Shown: positions 58,924 through 64,000 of the stretch, piece after piece
Layout: each line of letters begins with the position of its first letter
How positions within the stretch are numbered: position 1 is the first letter of the stretch
Source: Thermoanaerobaculia bacterium
GTDB taxonomy: Bacteria; Acidobacteriota; Thermoanaerobaculia; Multivoradales; JAIOJS01
Reading direction: 5' to 3'
Length of the DNA stretch: 64,000 bases
Assembly: GCA_036005845.1 (NCBI GenBank)
Contig: DASYQD010000124.1
Location: 25,024 to 89,023 of the forward strand
Notes under the pieces: model-generated
Seen by the model: only the letters and a program-made list of their open reading frames with translations
The model's database searches: none
Told to the model about the DNA's origin: nothing
Position numbers and translations under genes: made by a program

Positions 58924-59637
58924 TTACGACCTGCCCATCGGCAGCCGCCGCCGCACCGGACCGGCGACGGTCGGCGGCAGCGACGGCGCGCCCGGCTCGA
59001 GCAGGAACTCCTGCAGCCCGTTCTGCAGCAGGTAGCTGCGGTCGACGCGGAAGCTGCCCAGCGCGCGCTGCAGGCTCGCGTCCGTGAGCCGCACCGCGTC
59101 GAGCAGCGGCCCGCCGTACGGCCACTGGCGGATGGTGTGTTCGTCGACGATCTCCCAGCGCGCCGGCTGCGCCGGGAGCTTGCCCTCGCGCGCCACCATC
59201 GCGTGCAGCAGCGTTCGCCCGTGGCAGTGGGGCGCGAGCCGTTCGCCGAGCACGGCGAGGCCGGCGGCGCCCAGGTAGTCGAGCAGGTCCCAGGCGAGGA
59301 CGGCGTCGAACCGCATTTCGGCGGGGAAGCGCAGCAGATCGGGCAGCGCGCGCATGCAGGCGGTGTCGAAGCGGCCGCCGGTGCGGCATGGCGCGGTGGT
59401 GGAGTAGAGCGCCTCGACGACGTAGCTCGCGCCGCGGCCGACGAAGAAGGTCATGTTGTTGTGGTTGGCGCTGCCGAGGTCGAGCACGCGCCAGCGGCGG
59501 TCCGCCTCGCGGCGGCGCAGCAGGTCGGCGAGCGCCCACGAGCGGAAGGCGGGCGTCGGCGCCGCCGGCGGCGCGGGCAGCGAACGCGGCGCGTCGGCGC
59601 GGACCGGCGTTCTCGCGACGGCGCGCCAGAGGCGCAC
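58924..59637 (-). CDS. Putative class I SAM-dependent methyltransferase
   Basis: Motif I-like VLDLGSANHNN and a DAVLAWDLLDYL post-I region. Weak assignment. Stop/start abut the bactofilin gene. Confidence 0.4.
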   Translation of the reverse strand: MRLWRAVARTPVRADAPRSLPAPPAAPTPAFRSWALADLLRRREADRRWRVLDLGSANHNNMTFFVGRGASYVVEALYSTTAPCRTGGRFDTACMRALPDLLRFPAEMRFDAVLAWDLLDYLGAAGLAVLGERLAPHCHGRTLLHAMVAREGKLPAQPARWEIVDEHTIRQWPYGGPLLDAVRLTDASLQRALGSFRVDRSYLLQNGLQEFLLEPGAPSLPPTVAGPVRRRLPMGRS

Positions 59638-60060
59638 TCAGCCGCTCCCTTCGGCGGCCATCGCCGGCGAGGCGGCGTCGGCGGCGGCGGCAGGCTCGGG
59701 AGCGGCCGCTCCGGCAGCGATGGCCTGGCTACCGTCCATGTCGACGTCGCCCTGGAACTGGCAGCCTTCCTCGAGAGCGACGCGCGGCGCCCGGATGTCG
59801 CCCTGCATGCGGCCGCCGGCGCGCACGGTGACCATCTGGCTCGCCACCACGTTGCCGAAGAGCTCGCCTTCGACGACGACGCTCTTCGCCTTGACCTCGC
59901 CGCGCACGCGGCCGCCGGCGCTCACCGTCACCTGGTGCGCCGGCGCCTGCACCTCGCCCTCGAGCTGCCCTTCGATCCAGACGTCTTCGCGCGCGGAGAG
60001 CTGGCCGCGCAGCGCCGAGGCGGGTCCGACGACGGCGCGCCGGCCGGAGCTGTTCACCAT
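59638..60060 (-). CDS. Bactofilin family cytoskeletal protein
   Basis: Repetitive beta-helical bactofilin core (VWIEGQLEGEV..VTVSAGGRVRGEVKAKSVVVEGELFGNVVASQMVTVRAGGRMQGDIRAPRVALEEGCQFQGDV) with an Ala/Pro-rich tail. Confidence 0.75.
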   Translation of the reverse strand: MVNSSGRRAVVGPASALRGQLSAREDVWIEGQLEGEVQAPAHQVTVSAGGRVRGEVKAKSVVVEGELFGNVVASQMVTVRAGGRMQGDIRAPRVALEEGCQFQGDVDMDGSQAIAAGAAAPEPAAAADAASPAMAAEGSG

Positions 60061-60158
60061 GATGCGGACGCCTCCTCTCGGTTCCGTTCGAGGGTACGGA
60101 ACCGAAGGGGAGGCGTCAAGCCAAGCGCTTCACTCGCCAGGCGATGGCCGCGCCACCG

Positions 60159-60842
60159 TCAGTCGACGGCGGCGTCGATCAGCTCCACCGGCGTGGTGGC
60201 GAAGAGGTTGAGCGTCCAGCCGTCGAGCGAGCCGGTGTCGGCGCCGGCGGAGTCGCCGATGCAGAGCTGCCAGTTGCCGACCTTGCTGGTGCCGTCGTAC
60301 GCGGTGGAGAGGTCTTCCTGCGTGGCGACTGCCGCGCCGCGGTTGGGGTTGTAGCTGCACGGCGTGCCGCCGTCGAGGCAGATGGTCTGCCCGGTCGCGA
60401 GGTCGACGGGGGTGCGGCCCATCACCTCCGACTCGTCGGTCGCCGTCTGGATATAGGTGAGCGGGTTGTTGTTGGCGAGGTTGGAGTTCTCGCCGAAGCC
60501 GGCGGTGTCGTTGCCGTCGTCGGCGGTCTCGATGACGCCCGGCCGCGAGACCAGGGTGGTGATGATCCCCGTCGGGCCCACCAGCTTGATGGTGAGGTCG
60601 CCCACGAAGGTGTGGTTCATGCGGATCTGCACGCTGAGGTTGTCCACCGTGTCGCCGCCGCCGCCGCCCGAGGGCACGTTGATGGTGTTGCAGAGCATCG
60701 TGCCGGTGGTGCCGTTGTAGGTGTTGTCCGGGATCGCCAGGCCCAGGCCCGGGCCGACCGTGAACACCTGGGCGCTCGCCGCTGCCGGCACCAACGCCGC
60801 CGTCGCCAACAGAATCGCCAAGACCCAGAGCTTCCCTCGCAT
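60159..60842 (-). CDS. Secreted proprotein-convertase P-domain protein (stand-alone)
   Basis: Signal peptide (MRGKLWVLAILLATAALVPAAASA) and P-domain signatures (VGDLTIKLVGPTGIITTLVSRPG...GNWQLCIGDSAGADTGSLDGWTLNL). No subtilase domain in this ORF. Confidence 0.6.
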   Translation of the reverse strand: MRGKLWVLAILLATAALVPAAASAQVFTVGPGLGLAIPDNTYNGTTGTMLCNTINVPSGGGGGDTVDNLSVQIRMNHTFVGDLTIKLVGPTGIITTLVSRPGVIETADDGNDTAGFGENSNLANNNPLTYIQTATDESEVMGRTPVDLATGQTICLDGGTPCSYNPNRGAAVATQEDLSTAYDGTSKVGNWQLCIGDSAGADTGSLDGWTLNLFATTPVELIDAAVD

Positions 60843-60907
60843 GAACGCCTCCTGGGAGTACACGGCCCTCGTCGCGGAACGCGGCGGCATTCTAACGCGG
60901 AATGGTT

Positions 60908-61654
60908 TCAAAGAGCGGCGACGATCGCCGGCAACAGCTCTTCAGCGGCTGCCCGCAGGTGGCGCACGCCCGGCGTCGCCCGCGGCGGGGGCGCCGGGTC
61001 GACGGCGAACGCCGCGGCACCGTTGCGCCAGGCCGAATCGAGCAGCAGGTCGGTGATCCCCACCGAAAACGAGGTGCCGGCGAACAGCACCAGCGCGGCC
61101 TCCTCGGCGGCCGCGATCACGCGGTGGATCTGGTAGTCGGCGTGCTCGTCGTAGGTCTCGTCGAACCAGAGCAGGTGCTGGCGCAGCAGCGCGCCGCACC
61201 CCGGGCAGCGCGGCAGGTGGGCGAGCGCCGGCTCCCGCCGGAAGGCGGCGAGGTCGATCGCCGACCGCGGCAGCGAGCCGTGCGGCGCGCCGAGAGCGCA
61301 GCCGTCGCGCGAGCAGCGCACGCGGTCGGCGCTGCCGTGCACCTTGACCATCGCCCTGCTGCCGGCCTGTTCGTGCAGCGTGTCGACGTTCTGAGTGACC
61401 AGCAGGAAGGGCGCGCCGCGGCCCGTCTGCCAGCGCTCGAGCGCGACGATGGCCGCGTGCGCCGCGTTGGGGCGAGCATGGGCGACGCGGTCGAAACGCT
61501 CCAGGTACCAGCGCCAGGAGCCGACGGGGTCTTCCTCGAAGTAGCGGCGCGTACCGAGCTCGGTGACGTCGCGCTTCCAGATGGCGCCGGCGTCGTTGCC
61601 GCGGAAGGTGGGGATGCCGGACGCGACGCTGACGCCGGCGCCGGTGACGACCAA
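60908..61654 (-). CDS. cobB: NAD-dependent protein deacylase (Sir2/CobB family)
   Basis: GAGVSVASGIPTFRG, QNVDTLHEQAG and a Zn ribbon CxxC...CxxC (CSRDGC...CPGCG). TTG start. The frame is open a few codons further upstream. Confidence 0.8.
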   Translation of the reverse strand: MVVTGAGVSVASGIPTFRGNDAGAIWKRDVTELGTRRYFEEDPVGSWRWYLERFDRVAHARPNAAHAAIVALERWQTGRGAPFLLVTQNVDTLHEQAGSRAMVKVHGSADRVRCSRDGCALGAPHGSLPRSAIDLAAFRREPALAHLPRCPGCGALLRQHLLWFDETYDEHADYQIHRVIAAAEEAALVLFAGTSFSVGITDLLLDSAWRNGAAAFAVDPAPPPRATPGVRHLRAAAEELLPAIVAAL

Positions 61655-61747
61655 CAGGCCGCCCCTGCCGAGGCCGCACAGGGCGGCCCGGAGCGGCTCG
61701 CTGATCTCTTCAGCGGATCGAGGCGTAGTGTCGCTTCCCTGCCGACG

Positions 61748-62332
61748 CTACTCGACGGTGAACGTCTCCAGCTCGACAGGTGACGTACCGGCAGTGATCC
61801 CCGTTCCGTCGTCCTGGTAGCACCAGCTCTGGATGGTCGCCGGCAGGCCCGTCGTCGGCGAGACCGTGTCGATCTGGATCCAGCCGTAGTTGGTGGACGC
61901 CGTGGTCTCGTTGTAGAAGCGGACGCCGAGGTACTTTCCAGTTTGGGTCGTTCGCCAGGGAGCCATGGCCGTCGCGTTGGGTGTTTCGGTGGAGTAGAAG
62001 CTCGTGGCATCGATCGTCGCCCCTGACGACAGGACGAGCAGGGTGCCCCCGGCCGACGCCGCCACGTTCCCGTCGGGGTTCCCTGCCGGGTCGGCGCTGT
62101 TGTTGAGCCAGAAGTTGATCGACGAGGAGCCCCAAGGGTTGAAGTCCCAGTTGGGGGCGCCGGCCGGAGTGGTCGCGTTCACCCCGGTCACCAGGTTCAC
62201 GTACACCCCGGCCGTCGTCGCCGGAACGGGAATGGCTGGGCTCGGGTGGCACTGCACGGTGCCCTTGGCAGCGGAGGCAAGCGCGAACAGGGAGACGGCA
62301 ACGGCGGCGGCGCGGGTCTTGGAGCTAGGCAT
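61748..62332 (-). CDS. Secreted hypothetical protein
   Basis: Signal peptide (MPSSKTRAAAVAVSLFALASAAKG). The mature region is Thr/Asn/Gly-rich and beta-rich, with no recognisable domain. Confidence 0.45.
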   Translation of the reverse strand: MPSSKTRAAAVAVSLFALASAAKGTVQCHPSPAIPVPATTAGVYVNLVTGVNATTPAGAPNWDFNPWGSSSINFWLNNSADPAGNPDGNVAASAGGTLLVLSSGATIDATSFYSTETPNATAMAPWRTTQTGKYLGVRFYNETTASTNYGWIQIDTVSPTTGLPATIQSWCYQDDGTGITAGTSPVELETFTVE

Positions 62333-62344
62333 CGTGTCCTCCAG

Positions 62345-63652
62345 TCAATCGATGGTTACGGCGCGCGCGAGAGCGCGTGCCAAGGGATCGAGGGCCGGCC
62401 CGTAGAGGTTTCTGCGAGCCGTCGAGGTGTTGAGGGGCTTGCGGACCTGGGCGGCGCTCGCCGTGCGCGTCTCTTGCGGCGCCGAGGAGAACTCGAGGCA
62501 AGCCGGCTCGTACGGCAGGCCGACGAAGGCCAGCAGCTCGCGCACCTGGCCGGCGAAGTCGGCGAGCAGAGCTTCGTGCGCCTGCGTGCGGCAGCGCTGC
62601 GGGTGTTGCCGCGCGAAGTGCTGCCACTGCCGCTCCTCGTCGACGGTGTAGGCCGCCAGGGAGTCGAAGTCGTAGCTCCAGCCGAACATGCCGGGCGCGA
62701 AGAGCTGCTTGTAGCAAGACCACGCGGTCTCGAGCGGCGCGCGCGAACAGCGGATGACGCGGGCGCCCGGCAGCATGCGCAGGATGGCGCCGAGATACAG
62801 CCAGTTCTCCGGCATCTTGTCGGTGAACAGCACCCGGCCCTGCCAGCGCGCGGTACGCGCCAGGTACTCCTCGCCGAGCCGCTGCCAGTCGCCGGCGTCG
62901 GCGTCGCCTACCCAGGTCGGAAATGGTTTCCCGCGGCGGATCGACTCGTCGGCAAGGATGAGGCCGATATCGGGCAGCTCGCTCGCGCCGGTCACCTGCG
63001 AGTGGGCGGCCAGGATGTGCTCGACGAGCGTCGTGCCCGACCGCGGCATGCCGAGGACGAACGTCACCGCGGCGCCGCGACGGCTGCCGGTGTCCGGCGC
63101 CGGCTCGGGAAACTCCTCCAGGGTGACGTCGACGGCGTGGGAGAAGGCCTCGGCGCTCCACGGGGTTCGCCGTCGCTGCAATCGATTGGCGATGTCGAAG
63201 GCGCGCACCGCGTCGACGGGCCGGCCCGCCATCTCGTAAGCCTGGCCCAGTGCGAAGTGAACGAGCACCTTGGTCTCTTGGCTGTTGCTGGGGCGCCGCG
63301 CCAGCCGCTCGAGAGCGCGGAGCTCGTCCGCCTCGAGCGGCACGGTCTTGAGGTCGAGCAGTCCGAACCACGCCCGGGCCTCGGCGCCGGAGCGCCGGGT
63401 CAGGCGGCGGTAGGTCTCGGCGGCCTCGTCAATACGGCCCACGGCGGTGAGCGCTCGGGCGATGAGGAACTCGGCCCCCAGGTGGCGAGGGGCCAGGAGC
63501 AACGTCCGCCGCGCCGCTTCCAGTGCCGCCGGCGCGTCGGCATTGCGGTCGTGCTCGACCGCAGCCTCGAACCACGCTTGAACGTCATGCGGCTGGACGT
63601 CATGCGGCTGGACGTCATGCGGCGAAGGCGAGGCGGCGGTGCCATCGTCCAT
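62345..63652 (-). CDS. TPR-repeat / sulfotransferase family protein
   Basis: N-terminal TPR-like helices. The sulfotransferase 5'-PSB motif is GMPRSGTTLVEHIL and the 3'-PB motif is RVIRCSRAPLETAWSCY. Start chosen at ATG 63652. The ORF track extends to 63874. Confidence 0.65.
   Translation of the reverse strand: MDDGTAASPSPHDVQPHDVQPHDVQAWFEAAVEHDRNADAPAALEAARRTLLLAPRHLGAEFLIARALTAVGRIDEAAETYRRLTRRSGAEARAWFGLLDLKTVPLEADELRALERLARRPSNSQETKVLVHFALGQAYEMAGRPVDAVRAFDIANRLQRRRTPWSAEAFSHAVDVTLEEFPEPAPDTGSRRGAAVTFVLGMPRSGTTLVEHILAAHSQVTGASELPDIGLILADESIRRGKPFPTWVGDADAGDWQRLGEEYLARTARWQGRVLFTDKMPENWLYLGAILRMLPGARVIRCSRAPLETAWSCYKQLFAPGMFGWSYDFDSLAAYTVDEERQWQHFARQHPQRCRTQAHEALLADFAGQVRELLAFVGLPYEPACLEFSSAPQETRTASAAQVRKPLNTSTARRNLYGPALDPLARALARAVTID
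63581..63625. repeat. 15-bp x3 perfect tandem repeat (gacgtcatgcggctg) inside the sulfotransferase gene 5' region
   Basis: Read directly as aacgtcatgcggctg gacgtcatgcggctg gacgtcatgcggcg. It encodes PHDVQ x3 on the minus strand, and each unit contains a GACGTC palindrome. Confidence 0.7.
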
Positions 63653-64000
63653 GCGGCCCTCTTCCGGCGGGCAGGCGACGAGCGTTCGGCCGCGGCGCGC
63701 CTCCGCGAGCTCGGCGTGCCGTGCGACACCCCGGCTGAGAGAGCCGGAAGTGGCCTCGACTGCGGTGTGCGATCGCCTCGCCATCAATGATGTGCTTCGA
63801 GAGTATCGCCGTCCGTCTGTAAGCGCAATCGTCGAAGCGGCATCGGCTATCCTTCGACCGCCCATGGCGCCCAACGCTTCGCTCGAGCTCGGCCGCCAGG
63901 ACCGGCAGTCCGGTTGGCAGCCCGACTCTTGGCAGCGACGGCCGGCCTTGCAGCAGCCGCTCTACCCGGACCCGGCCGCCGTGGACCGTGTGGTGGAGGA

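Overview
High-GC (~70%) bacterial chromosomal window, densely coding on both strands. Several traits hint at Acidobacteria or a related phylum: a VWFA-related secreted protein, an IPTL-CTERM-like sorting motif, many ECF sigma/anti-sigma pairs and a split nuo cluster. These hints are weak. Housekeeping content: priA, a pyrR-pyrB-pyrC operon, a NuoB/NuoCD/NuoI Q-module cluster, korAB (2-oxoacid:ferredoxin oxidoreductase), a fused E1 alpha/beta dehydrogenase, an ATP-dependent DNA ligase, sspB, a NUDIX hydrolase, a Sir2 deacetylase, bactofilin and fdhD. Accessory content: (i) a GT-A-like/GT-A-like/CmcI-methyltransferase operon whose three enzymes all carry coiled-coil tails. (ii) Two tandem paralogous GT-C-like polytopic membrane proteins. 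(iii) A ~14 kb same-strand block (25.1-39.0 kb, minus strand) with a 2913-aa surface protein (signal peptide, internal IPTL-CTERM-like segment, about 12 tandem ~130-aa repeats, C-terminal parallel beta-helix), three tandem phage-tail-collar (MdpB-like) paralogs, a Tat-signal protein, two GNAT acetyltransferases and a second beta-helix protein. (iv) An ECF sigma factor co-oriented with a zinc-finger anti-sigma/TM/TPR/CHAT-protease fusion, divergent from a PAS hybrid histidine kinase. This is the most unusual candidate system here. (v) A second ECF sigma/anti-sigma/secreted-protein trio. No rRNA, tRNA or CRISPR array was recognised. Many long ORFs in the track are antisense or alternative-frame artifacts of the high GC content and were rejected. 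Manually read coordinates may be off by a base or two.
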